Origin: an uncultured Chloroflexia bacterium
GTDB lineage: Bacteria; Chloroflexota; Anaerolineae; JAAYZQ01
Length of the DNA: 64,000 nt
Direction: 5' to 3'
Assembly: GCA_963700285.1 (NCBI GenBank)
Contig: CAVOXA010000010.1
Location: 768,001-832,000 of the forward strand
Shown piece after piece: positions 10,510 to 20,007 of this stretch. Positions within the stretch are counted from its first letter, which is position 1. Each line of letters starts with the position of its first letter. The notes beneath the pieces were generated by a model. That model worked only from the letters and a program-made list of their open reading frames with translations, did no database searches and was not told where the DNA came from. Both the position numbers and the translations under genes were made by a program.

Positions 10510-10961
10510 TCGATCTCCCCCGCCCCCATTGCGACTTTTCCGATCCAGTGTACCCAGTCGGCGCCAACCTGCCGCGTACCATTTGCCAGCCGCCGATCCG
10601 CTGTCCACAACGAAATTCCCTCTTGTTCCGCAAGGGCCAGATACTGTGCATCGTAGGCATTGGAATGTCCAAGGCGTTCCGACCAGTGCAGTGCTCGCTC
10701 ATGTAGATGGGCAGTGGGTGTCAAACACTGAATATTTAGCGACAGGATCTTGCCCATGGCTTCAACGGCAAGCTCGGGGGTCAGCCATCGGGCGACGACT
10801 GCTTTGCGCAGAATGGCGGCGATCTCGTATTCCAGCAGAACAGGAGCAAGCAACTCAGATCCGGCTCGTTTCCAGACTGTGATCTGCTGTGTCGCCTGAT
10901 CAGAATAGGGCAACGGCAGGACGACGGCCGCGACCACGTTAGCGTCAAGGACCACACTCAT
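10506..10961 (-). CDS. vapC: PIN-domain (VapC-family) toxin
   Basis: VVLDANV, LLEYE, AYDAQYLALAE and LWTADRRL. Confidence 0.9.
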   Translation of the reverse strand: MSVVLDANVVAAVVLPLPYSDQATQQITVWKRAGSELLAPVLLEYEIAAILRKAVVARWLTPELAVEAMGKILSLNIQCLTPTAHLHERALHWSERLGHSNAYDAQYLALAEQEGISLWTADRRLANGTRQVGADWVHWIGKVAMGAGEIE

Positions 10962-11065
10962 TCCTCGCCTCGCCAGACCCGTTCGAGCTGTGACTGGAGC
11001 TTATTCCTTCCAGCCGGAAAACCGGCCGCGGGTCCAGGCATCCTACTGTACAGATCTACTGCCAC

Positions 11066-12133
11066 TCATGGCAGAAACGGCAGAAAGCGCTCTAACTCTC
11101 CCATGCGACTCACCACAGCTTCCAGCAGCGCAATCGTACCCCGGACATCGCCCATGTCCGCGACCTCAATCGGCGAGTGGGCATAGCGCCGCGGGATCGT
11201 CACGACGCCAGTAGGGATCCCCTCCCGCTGGAGATGAATGGCGCTGGCATCGGTCGAAGACCGGTCGTGCACCACCAGTTGATAGGGGATGCCCTGCTCC
11301 TCAGCCGTCTCGATCAGAAGGCGCTTCAGACCATGATGGGCGACATCGCCGCGGCTCACGAGGCGGAACACTGGGCCTTGTCCAATGCCGATAGGCAGCG
11401 TGGTATCGCCGGCCATGTCGGGCGTACCCCCGCAAGGCACCGTATCGACGACGATGGCGCAATCAGGACCGATGCGGTTCGCCGCCACTCTGGCGCCGCG
11501 CAGCCCTACCTCTTCCTGCACCGTTACGACGAGGTGAAGCGTGCCTGCAACTTGCTTGCCCTGCAGCCGTTCGAGCAGGGCCAGCAATACGACGCAGCCC
11601 AGACGGTTGTCCAGCGCCTTGCCCACGAAACGGTCCGGCTTGCTGAAGTGCTGTACCTCGCTGACATAGGTCACCGGATCGCCGATGCGGATGCCCATGT
11701 CAGCCGCTTCGTCCGCGCTGTCGGCGCCAACGTCAATGTACTGCTCCGTATAGGTGGGCACACGCAGGCGCTCTTCCGCGGTCTGCGCGTGGCCGGCCTT
11801 GAGGCCGATCACACCCAGGTGGCCGTTGACCATGACCTTGCGGCCTACGGCCAGAGAATCGAGCATCCCGCCCAGCTTGTTGAATCGCAGAAATCCGTCG
11901 GCTTCGATGGCCCGGACCACCCCGCCGATCTCGTCCGAATGGGCCGAGATCATGAGTGTTGGGCCGCCGGGTTCGCCCCGGCGCAGGGCATAGAGGTTGC
12001 CCGTGGTGTCAACCTCGACCTCGTCCGCGTAGGGTCGGAACGCGTCCAGCAGCCAGGCCACAACGTCATGCTCAAAGCCCGGTGCCCCGGGAATACGGCA
12101 CAATTCCTTTGTCAGTTCAAACAGGTCAGTCAT
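11066..12133 (-). CDS. M42-family metallo-aminopeptidase (TET-like)
   Basis: SAHSDEIG, GKALDNRLG, VQEEVGLRGA and RYAHSP. Start placed at the ATG after the GGAGG RBS. Confidence 0.93.
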   Translation of the reverse strand: MTDLFELTKELCRIPGAPGFEHDVVAWLLDAFRPYADEVEVDTTGNLYALRRGEPGGPTLMISAHSDEIGGVVRAIEADGFLRFNKLGGMLDSLAVGRKVMVNGHLGVIGLKAGHAQTAEERLRVPTYTEQYIDVGADSADEAADMGIRIGDPVTYVSEVQHFSKPDRFVGKALDNRLGCVVLLALLERLQGKQVAGTLHLVVTVQEEVGLRGARVAANRIGPDCAIVVDTVPCGGTPDMAGDTTLPIGIGQGPVFRLVSRGDVAHHGLKRLLIETAEEQGIPYQLVVHDRSSTDASAIHLQREGIPTGVVTIPRRYAHSPIEVADMGDVRGTIALLEAVVSRMGELERFLPFLP

Positions 12134-12312
12134 TTGATTCTGTTCCTCCATTTCAACGCCATGGAATGCTTCCAAGTATCACCTGTCGATATTGTACCAT
12201 AGGCAAGCCGGATTTCCTACTCTGTCTATCAGTCCTTGGATGTGGCTAGATAACGGCCAAGCCAGAACTGGGCCTCCGGTGCCACTTCCTGCTGCATCGG
12301 GCAGCGGCGCAC

Positions 12313-12353
12313 TTGACTGATCGCCGCATACTTGGTATAATCTTGGTATACCA
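12313..12353 (+). promoter_or_regulatory. Sigma70 promoter with GntR/FadR-type operator
   Basis: TTGACT(12313)-17 bp-TATAAT(12336) with a TG extension. The palindrome TGGTATACCA at 12344-12353 overlaps the predicted +1. Confidence 0.75.
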
Positions 12354-12450
12354 GAGATACTTCTCACGTATGGATCATGGTATTTATCCTGATACCTGTT
12401 CACTCTTGGTGTGTACCGCACTAAAAACCTCATGGGAGAAAGTACCATCG

Positions 12451-12864
12451 ACGGTCAACTCCAAAGTTACCTGGTTTGGCAGCAAGCAGTTTGTTGGCAC
12501 CGACAGCAGCAAGCACTCCGTCGTGATCTCTTCCCAGGATGAGGCCAATGGCACAGGTATGAGGCCGTTGGACCTGTTGCTGGTGGCGCTGGCGGGTTGC
12601 ACAGCCATGGGGGTTGTGGACATCCTGCAGCGGAAGCGCCAGGACCTGCTCGATTTTGAGATCAACATCTCCGGCGAGCAGGATGAAGATCCGCCCCGGG
12701 CCTTCAATCAAATTCACGTCGAGTATGTGGCCAAGGGATGTGGCATCAGGGAAAAGGCACTCTGCGATGCCATCGAGCTCTCGCTCAACAGGTACTGCTC
12801 GGTCAGCGGCACGGTGAAACACAAGGTTGAGATCACGACCAGCTACAAGATTGTTGAGCTATAG
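12451..12864 (+). CDS. OsmC/YhfA-family protein (start codon uncertain)
   Basis: KVTW..KQFVG, RPLDLLLVALAGCT and RYCSVS (two conserved Cys). Confidence 0.85.
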   Translation, partial: TVNSKVTWFGSKQFVGTDSSKHSVVISSQDEANGTGMRPLDLLLVALAGCTAMGVVDILQRKRQDLLDFEINISGEQDEDPPRAFNQIHVEYVAKGCGIREKALCDAIELSLNRYCSVSGTVKHKVEITTSYKIVEL

Positions 12865-12876
12865 ACAGGTCATTCT

Positions 12877-12958
12877 TGTCACTGCGAGCGCCAGCGAAGC
12901 AGTCCCCGCTAGGCAGGTGGGGATTACTTCGGCCCAAAGAGCGGGCCTCGCAATGACA
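12877..12958. repeat. REP-like nested palindromic element
   Basis: Outer arms tgtcactgcgag / ctcgcaatgaca. Inner arms cgaagcagtcccc / ggggattacttcg. Confidence 0.8.
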
Positions 12959-12985
12959 TGGCCTGAGACAGATAAGGTGTGAACC

Positions 12986-13669
12986 ATGGGTTTTCCGGAA
13001 CCTGTTCCATCCCTGGCCGAGCAAGCGTACCTCCGCCTCCGGCAGGAAATCCTGGTCTGTACCCTGGCTCCGGGCCAAGTGGTGACCGAACGGGAGCTTG
13101 CCGCTCGCTACGAGATGAGCAAGACACCAATCCGCGAAGCCATCACCCAGGTCTGTCACGATGGGCTGGTGCAGCGGCTGCCGGGCCGGGGCTACATGGT
13201 AGCGCCTATTACTGTCAAGGACCTGCGCGACCTCTTTGGCATGCGTCTCATCCTCGAGACAGCCGCGGCGGAACGCACTGCTCGCACTCCCTCTCCCGCC
13301 CTGGTGACACAGCTCAAGAAGCTCTCGACCATCAGTTATGCTCTGGGGAACGGCGATAGCCAGGTCCAGTTCTTGAAGGGAAACCGCATCTTCCATCTCA
13401 CGCTGGCTGATGCGGCCGGCAACCGCCGTTTGACCCAGACGCTGGAGAGCCTACTGGTCGAGCTAGATCGTTACTTTCACCTGGGTCTGCGCCTGCGAGA
13501 CAGCAGTGGGGAGATGAAGCGCGAGCACGAGGAAGTGGTCGCGGCACTGGAAACTGGCGATGTCGAGGGGCTCACGACGTGTATCAAGGATCAGATCACG
13601 ACTTCGCGCGACCGCATTCTGGAAGCCATCATGAAGGGCGACATGCCAAGCGTCCAGTTGGGCGGCTGA
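12986..13669 (+). CDS. GntR-family transcriptional regulator (FCD domain)
   Basis: Winged HTH ERELAARYEMSKTPIREA, and FCD motifs FH...AGN and EHEEVV. Confidence 0.94.
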   Translation: MGFPEPVPSLAEQAYLRLRQEILVCTLAPGQVVTERELAARYEMSKTPIREAITQVCHDGLVQRLPGRGYMVAPITVKDLRDLFGMRLILETAAAERTARTPSPALVTQLKKLSTISYALGNGDSQVQFLKGNRIFHLTLADAAGNRRLTQTLESLLVELDRYFHLGLRLRDSSGEMKREHEEVVAALETGDVEGLTTCIKDQITTSRDRILEAIMKGDMPSVQLGG

Positions 13670-13739
13670 TCTAGCGCGGGCAGAAACCCCACGATCGAGG
13701 AATTGCAGCGATAGGAATCGTCGAACAAAGGAGCAAAGG

Positions 13740-14060
13740 ATGCCACATATCGAGTACGACGGCAAGCAGATCGAGACGGATGAGGATGGTTTCATCACCG
13801 ACCCCTCGCTGTGGAACGAAGGCCTGGCCACAGCCATCGCCCAGCAGGAGGAAGGGCTCACCGAGCTGAGCGATGACCACTGGAAGGTGGTTTACTACCT
13901 CAATGCTTACTACCACGAGCACGACATCGCCCCCATGGTGCGCAAACTATGCAAAGAGACCGGCTTCAAGCTAAAAGAAATCTACGAGATGTTCCCCAGC
14001 GGTCCGGCCCGCGGAGCGTGCAAGGTGGCCGGGCTGCCCAAGCCAACCGGGTGCGTCTAG
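13740..14060 (+). CDS. dsrC: DsrC/TusE-family sulfur relay protein with both C-terminal cysteines
   Basis: DEDGF, HWKVV and the C-terminus FPSGPARGACKVAGLPKPTGCV (C-X10-C). Confidence 0.9.
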   Translation: MPHIEYDGKQIETDEDGFITDPSLWNEGLATAIAQQEEGLTELSDDHWKVVYYLNAYYHEHDIAPMVRKLCKETGFKLKEIYEMFPSGPARGACKVAGLPKPTGCV

Positions 14061-14064
14061 CTCC

Positions 14065-14694
14065 ATGGAATTCAGTGAGTTCCAGCAACTGACCCACGAG
14101 ATTGGTACCGCCATCCTGGTGCTGCTGTATCTGGCGCGGCTGGTCGTACTGCTCAAGCGCAGGCCGGCCCGCGACCTGGCCAGCAAGCCAAGGGGTGAGA
14201 TATGGAAAGGCACGGTCGACGCATTCCTGACCATAGTCGCCCCGTGGCGCATGGAAAGTACCAAGAAGCACTGGACGCGCTACGTCGAGTTTGTGGTTTT
14301 TCACATCGGCGTGTTCCTCTGCATCGCGCTTTCGTTTGTGATCACCTACGCTCCGGGAATTTTGACCCCACCCGTCCGCGCCGCGGTCTTTGCTCTGATG
14401 GCGGCCTCGCTGGTCGCGGGCGGCCTGCGCCTGGTCCGCCGGGTTAGGCTGCCGGAAATGCGCATCATCAGCTCGCCCGATGACTATCTTGCCATGGGCA
14501 TGGTACTGGGCTTTCTGGGAACCGGGATGCTGAGCTTGACCGGTTGGGAGGCGGCTATCATCGCCTACTTTGTGGTGAGCGCTCTGTTCCTGGCCTACGA
14601 ACCCTTTAGCAAGATCCGCCACTATATCTACTATCCCTTCGCTCGCTACTACTATGGGGCGGCCTTTGGCCGTCGCGGCGTGATCGGCTGGTGA
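14065..14694 (+). CDS. NarI/DsrM/TmcC-like membrane anchor subunit (possible cytochrome b)
   Basis: About 5 TM helices, with FHIG, RIISSPDDY and PFSKIRH motifs. Confidence 0.8.
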   Translation: MEFSEFQQLTHEIGTAILVLLYLARLVVLLKRRPARDLASKPRGEIWKGTVDAFLTIVAPWRMESTKKHWTRYVEFVVFHIGVFLCIALSFVITYAPGILTPPVRAAVFALMAASLVAGGLRLVRRVRLPEMRIISSPDDYLAMGMVLGFLGTGMLSLTGWEAAIIAYFVVSALFLAYEPFSKIRHYIYYPFARYYYGAAFGRRGVIGW

Positions 14695-16034
14695 TGGAGG
14701 CAACGATGCAAGCATCAAAGAAGGATGTCTCCGCCGCCCTGGAGGTTCTCTCCCAGCGCCTCACCCGCCAGCTAGAGGCGTCGATGCACGCCTGCGCCCA
14801 CTGCGGGCTGTGCAACGATTCGTGCCACTATTACGTCGCCCTCGGTGAACCTGAAATGGTGCCCACCTACAAGGCGGACCGGCTGCGAAACGTTTGGAAA
14901 AGGCGCTACGACTGGATGGGGCAGGTCTGGCCCTGGTACGTGGGGGCGCGCAAGCTGGATGAAGGTGTGATCGAGGAACTGTGGGATACCGCCTGGGGTG
15001 CGTGCACGATGTGCGGGCGGTGTGTGTTCAACTGCCCCTTTGGCGTCGATACGCGGTTGATCATCGGCACGGCGCGGGCCATGCTGGGTGCTATGGGCCT
15101 GGTGCCCCAGGGGCTGCAGGACACCGTGGACATCCACCTCCAGACCAAGAACAACATGGGGGTGAACGAAGAGGATTTTCGGGACACCATCGAATGGCTG
15201 GACGAGCAGCTTTGCGACGAGCTGGAGGTTGAGGGACCCGTCATCCCCTTGGACAAGCCGGGGGCGCGGGTCATGTACCTGGTCAATCCGCGTGAGGTCA
15301 AGTTCTACCCGCTCTCGCTGATGGCTGCGGCCAAGGTCATGTATGTAGCGGGCGAAGACTGGACCATGAGCACCGAGTACTGGGACGTGACCAACTATGC
15401 CCTCTTCTCTTGTGACGACGACGCCGCACGTCAGATCGGCCAGTGGGTGGCCGATGCGGCGACCAGGATGGGCGTCAAAGAGGTGTGGATGTCCGAGTGT
15501 GGCCACGGCTACAACGCTCTGCGCTGGGAAGGAGAGAACTGGCTGGGCCAACCCTTCCCCTTCGAGGTACGCAGCTTTGTCGAGGCCATGGCAGAATACA
15601 TCCGCGATGGGTGTCTGCAGCTTGACCCATCTCGAAATCCGCAGCCGGTCACGTACCACGATCCCTGCAACCAGGGGCGCAAGGGCGGAATCCTCAAGGA
15701 GCCGCGCTATATTCTATCACAGACGGTAACCGACTTTCGCGAGATGCTGCCCAATGGCCGGGACAACTATTGCTGTGGAGGCGGGGGAGGGATGTTGTCA
15801 ATGAGCGAGTTTTCCAAGAGGCGCATCGCTGCCGCCAGCGTAAAGGCAGGCCAGATTCAGAGCACCGAAGCCAAGATCGTAGCTACTTCTTGCCATAACT
15901 GCCTGGATCAACTGGCCGACGTCAACCGCAGGTACCAGCTCGGCGCACCGGCCAAGAACCTGTGCGAGCTGGTAGCCGATGCCATTGTCTGGCCGCCAAG
16001 GCCGGATACAGACGGACCTGATGGCTTGGCCTGA
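14691..16034 (+). CDS. HdrD-like Fe-S oxidoreductase (DsrK/TmcB/HmcF family)
   Basis: Ferredoxin motifs CAHCGLCNDSC and CTMCGRCVFNCP. CCG-domain motifs ECGH, HDPCN, CCGGGGG and CHNC. Confidence 0.9.
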   Translation: MMEATMQASKKDVSAALEVLSQRLTRQLEASMHACAHCGLCNDSCHYYVALGEPEMVPTYKADRLRNVWKRRYDWMGQVWPWYVGARKLDEGVIEELWDTAWGACTMCGRCVFNCPFGVDTRLIIGTARAMLGAMGLVPQGLQDTVDIHLQTKNNMGVNEEDFRDTIEWLDEQLCDELEVEGPVIPLDKPGARVMYLVNPREVKFYPLSLMAAAKVMYVAGEDWTMSTEYWDVTNYALFSCDDDAARQIGQWVADAATRMGVKEVWMSECGHGYNALRWEGENWLGQPFPFEVRSFVEAMAEYIRDGCLQLDPSRNPQPVTYHDPCNQGRKGGILKEPRYILSQTVTDFREMLPNGRDNYCCGGGGGMLSMSEFSKRRIAAASVKAGQIQSTEAKIVATSCHNCLDQLADVNRRYQLGAPAKNLCELVADAIVWPPRPDTDGPDGLA

Positions 16035-16072
16035 ACACCCGAGTGACAAGATACCAATCCGAGGAGGCGATC

Positions 16073-17236
16073 ATGGGCGATTTGATCTACCTGGACAACG
16101 GAGCTACATCCTTTCCAAAGCCTGAAGTAGTCTATACCTTTATGGACCATGCCTACCGCAGCTTTGGAGTCAATCCGGGCCGCTCGGGCTATGACCTGTG
16201 CCTGGAGGCTGGCCAACTGGTCGACGATACCCGCAAGCTCCTGACAACGCTCTTTAACGGAGCCGACCCCAACCGCCTCGTCTTTTCCTACAACTCTACC
16301 GATGCCCTAAACCTGATCATCAATGGCCTGCTGCGCCCCGGAGACCACGCCATTTCGACGACCCTGGAGCACAATTCGGTGCTGCGCCCCCTGTATCATC
16401 TCTCACGGGATGGAGTTGAGGTGGATCTCGTACCCTTTGACGGGGCTGGGTTTGTCGATCCCGGCGCAATCAAGGCCAAGTTCAAGGCAAATACCCGCCT
16501 GGTCATCGTCAACCACGCATCCAACGTCATTGGCACCGTCCTGAACATCCGCGAGATCGGCAGATTGTGCCGCGAGGCGGGTATCCCCTTCGCCATTGAT
16601 TCGTCCCAGTCGGCGGGCAAGATCAAGATCGACATGGAAGAGGACAATCTGGATATAGTGGCCTTTACCGGGCACAAATCACTGTTTGGCCCGACCGGCA
16701 TCGGCGGGATGTACGTCCGGGAGGGGATCGAGATCCGGCATACACGGGCCGGCGGCTCGGGTGTGCGCTCGGCCGACCGCGCCCACCTGGACGAGTATCC
16801 CTACCGCATGGAATATGGCACGCCCAACGTGGCCGGCATCGCCGGTCTGCAAGCGGGCGTCAAGTGGGTCGAGGGCCAGGGCATCGAATCTATACACGAG
16901 CGCGAGATGAAACTGCTGCGGTTACTGCGCGATGGCCTGGCGGAGATCCCGGGCGTCATCCTCTACTGCCAGGAAGACTTGACGGACCACATCGCCGTCC
17001 TGGCCTTCAACGTCGAGGGCATGGATGCCGGCGACGTGGGCACGCTCATCGACGTCGACCACGACATTGCCTGCCGGACAGGGCTGCATTGTGCGCCCCT
17101 GGTCCACGAAGGGCTGGGAACTGCCGTCCGTGGCGCTGTCAGGTTCAGCATCGGACCCTTCAACACTGAGGAACATACACAGATCGCGGTCGACGCGGTC
17201 AAAGAGATAGCAGAGTTTGCCCAGCGCAAGTCCTAG
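16073..17236 (+). CDS. Cysteine desulfurase family protein (class V aminotransferase)
   Basis: IYLDNGATSFPKP, FTGHKSL and CRTGLHCAP (persulfide Cys). GAGGAGG RBS. Confidence 0.92.
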   Translation: MGDLIYLDNGATSFPKPEVVYTFMDHAYRSFGVNPGRSGYDLCLEAGQLVDDTRKLLTTLFNGADPNRLVFSYNSTDALNLIINGLLRPGDHAISTTLEHNSVLRPLYHLSRDGVEVDLVPFDGAGFVDPGAIKAKFKANTRLVIVNHASNVIGTVLNIREIGRLCREAGIPFAIDSSQSAGKIKIDMEEDNLDIVAFTGHKSLFGPTGIGGMYVREGIEIRHTRAGGSGVRSADRAHLDEYPYRMEYGTPNVAGIAGLQAGVKWVEGQGIESIHEREMKLLRLLRDGLAEIPGVILYCQEDLTDHIAVLAFNVEGMDAGDVGTLIDVDHDIACRTGLHCAPLVHEGLGTAVRGAVRFSIGPFNTEEHTQIAVDAVKEIAEFAQRKS

Positions 17237-17380
17237 AGCCTGGGGGTCAGAGCTTTCTCATTTGAGAGAAGAAAGGAGGCGGCACTGAACAATAGGAGTG
17301 GAAGTGAGGCGGACCGGTACTTGGCTGAATTGTATACACCAAAAGGAGGATCAAGGTTATGAAACGCGTCGGTATCAAGC

Positions 17381-18616
17381 CTACTTCAATTCGACCCAGT
17401 GTACGACAAATGCAGACAGCCCAGTAAGAATACCGATTCCGGCAATCACGGGGAGTACCGTACCGTTGTAGCTTTGACCGATGATGGTACCCAGAGGCAT
17501 GGAGATCAAGGTTGAGAGCGAACCGACTACTGCGGCCCCGATCCCGGCCAGATGACCCAGGGGCTCCATGGCCAGGGAATTCTGGTTGCCGAACAGGATG
17601 CCGACGCAGAAGAAGGTCAGCATGATGTAGGCCATCAGGAACCATAGATGCGGCTGTCCGGCTGCCAGTAGGGCGACCACAAACGCAACGATTGACAGCC
17701 CTATCATGATGCCCTGCGACCGCCGAACCAGGAAACGCATGCCAAAGCGCATCACCAGGCGAGCATTCAGGAAGGACGCCACCCCAATGGAGAAAGAGAT
17801 GATACGCAAATATGAGCGGGAAGAGCTCTCCAAGCGCATACTGTTCCTGGAAGATCTGCTGGGAGGAATTCAGGTAGCCGATAAAGGCCCCGCTTATCAG
17901 ACCAGCCGACACGGTGTAGCCCAACGACTGTTCGATTCCTTAGAATCTCGCAGCGTTGCGTCAACGATCCGCCGCAGCGAAAACGGGGCTCGATCTTCTG
18001 GAGCCAAGGTCTCTGGCATGCGCAGCGCGAACCAGACCAAGGTGATGAGCGCCATCAGCACAAAGCCGCCAAAGATACCACGCCAACCTGAGACCAGCAG
18101 AATGGCCTGCCCTATGGTAGGTGCGATCATGGGCACCAGGATGAAAACAGTCATGACAAACGACATCACCCGGGCCATCGCCCGGCCCTCGTACCGGTCG
18201 CGTACCAGGGCCAACGTCACGGCACGCGGCGCCGAAGCCCCAAACCCCTGCAGAAGCCGCCCCGCCAGCATCATTTGGAAACTGGCCGCAGTAGCCGACA
18301 GCAGAGCGCCGATGACAAAGAAGGCATAGCCAATATAGATAGCGGGTTTGCGCCCGATGGCATCGGAAAGCGGCCCAAAGAATAGCTGTCCAAAGGCGAT
18401 GCCCACAAAGATAACAGAAACAACCAGCTGCCGGTCGTTGGCGTTCTGGACGTTCAGATCGCTGCCGATCTGGGACAGGGCTGGCAGCATGGCATCGATG
18501 GACATGGCGGTGAGCGACATCATCAAGGAGATGATGATGACAAACTCAACGAAGGATGGTCTGGTTTGCTCTGTTTCTGAACTCATGTTTTGGTACCTGG
18601 TTGGGGCATTTTCCAC
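17381..18616 (-). pseudogene. Bcr/CflA-family MFS efflux transporter, about 3 frameshifts (real or assembly error)
   Basis: SIDAMLPAL, GPLSDAIGRKP and GRLLQGFG. The coding signal moves between frames near 17950, 17922 and 17803. Confidence 0.82.
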
Positions 18617-19263
18617 TTCAAGACCACCAACGATAGCCTCCCGGAGCGAATATGCTACGGATTACTCGCCTGCATTTACATCTCAATGTCCCAGGTAACT
18701 TGCAGGACTAGTCCGTCCCACATTCCCTGGATTAGAGCTTTTCTCTACAGTGGTTCCTGACGAAGCTCTATGCGGAGCCAGGCGACATTGTATCACGGCT
18801 CGGTTCCTGGAGCGAATCGAGGGTTTGGAGGGGGACACAGAGATCCGGGGAATTGGAGGGGCCTGTCGGGACTGCTGTCAAGGCGAACAATGGCAAATTC
18901 CAAACCTGAAGAAGAAGAAAGCTGAGCATCACACAAGTTTTCTTCCTATTTCTAACTGTTAGAAACACGACATTGCCCTCGCCACCCAAGTGCCTGATCA
19001 GCGTTCGCGCTGCCACGTGCCCTTTCCTAATCTGATCCTCATACTGGGCCAACAGTCCCAGAGCGTGCCTCATCGTGCATTTCCTACAGGTCTACGCCCT
19101 GTCAAATCCCCCCAAGGAACCTCGAACGCACGCTTGGTCATGCCTTCTACAGTTCCTGGAAAACGCTAATCTGCCAGAGCGCGTCGCGGGCGCAGTCTGA
19201 TCCGCGGACTCGTCCTTTTGAGCGGCCTGCGCAAAGCAGGGTTGGAAGTGTCGTGGTAAGAGA

Positions 19264-20007
19264 TCATGAGTCCTGTCTCTTCCTGCCAAGGCCGACTACA
19301 GTGAGCCCAAAGGGTAGGGTATGGTTTGACAACCATCGAGCCTCGAGATACAGGAACCTGACCAAGAGTTTGTTTTGCCAAGCAGGATTGCGGTGGAGGT
19401 CCGAATTAGTTTTCGCTGGGACTACTCTCTCTGCCACGCGTTTGCCCAAAGCCAATGGGAACAAGAGCGTGTTCGCATATGATATCTTCTCAATACAAAA
19501 GTTCGCAGCAGTGAAGGCCCCGACGCAATTCGGGAACAGTAAAGCGATGGGCGGTGTGAATGGCCTGGTCATGTCGGCCGCGCAGCCAGTCGTAAGCGGG
19601 CAAGCGGAGGAAAAGACATCCGCCTGGTTTGAGGACCCGGTGAAACTCCTTCAATGCCTGGCCATAGTTCCCCACAGCACGATGATACAGTACGTCAAAG
19701 GAAGTGATCAGGTCAAAGCATTCGTCGGCGAAGGGAAGCGAAACGATCGTCGCCTGACCCAAGCGGACAACCCTCGTTTCTGGCAAAAACGCAGAGCCAA
19801 CCTCGACAGATCACAACCTGTGACCGTGCCACAAGGTGCAAGATACCCCGTAGCTGCACCTGTTCCGCAGCCAGCATCCAGAATGTGCAGATCGCGCCGG
19901 TGCGGGTAACAGTGGGAGACTAGCATGATGGTAATCCGCTCCATGCCTACATACCACCAGTGCCGGTCTTCTACGGAAAACATGATCTCGTACTCTTTTG
20001 GGTCCAT
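19264..20007 (-). pseudogene. Class I SAM-dependent methyltransferase, 2 frameshifts
   Basis: EDRHWWY and ILDAGCGTG, then LPFADECFDL..RVLKPGG, then SYANTLLFP..LPFGL, split over three frames. Confidence 0.8.

Noticed and set aside
13740-16034. Calling the organism a sulfate reducer
   Set aside because: No dsrAB, dsrJOP, sat or apr genes are in the window, and DsrC/DsrK-like genes alone are insufficient.
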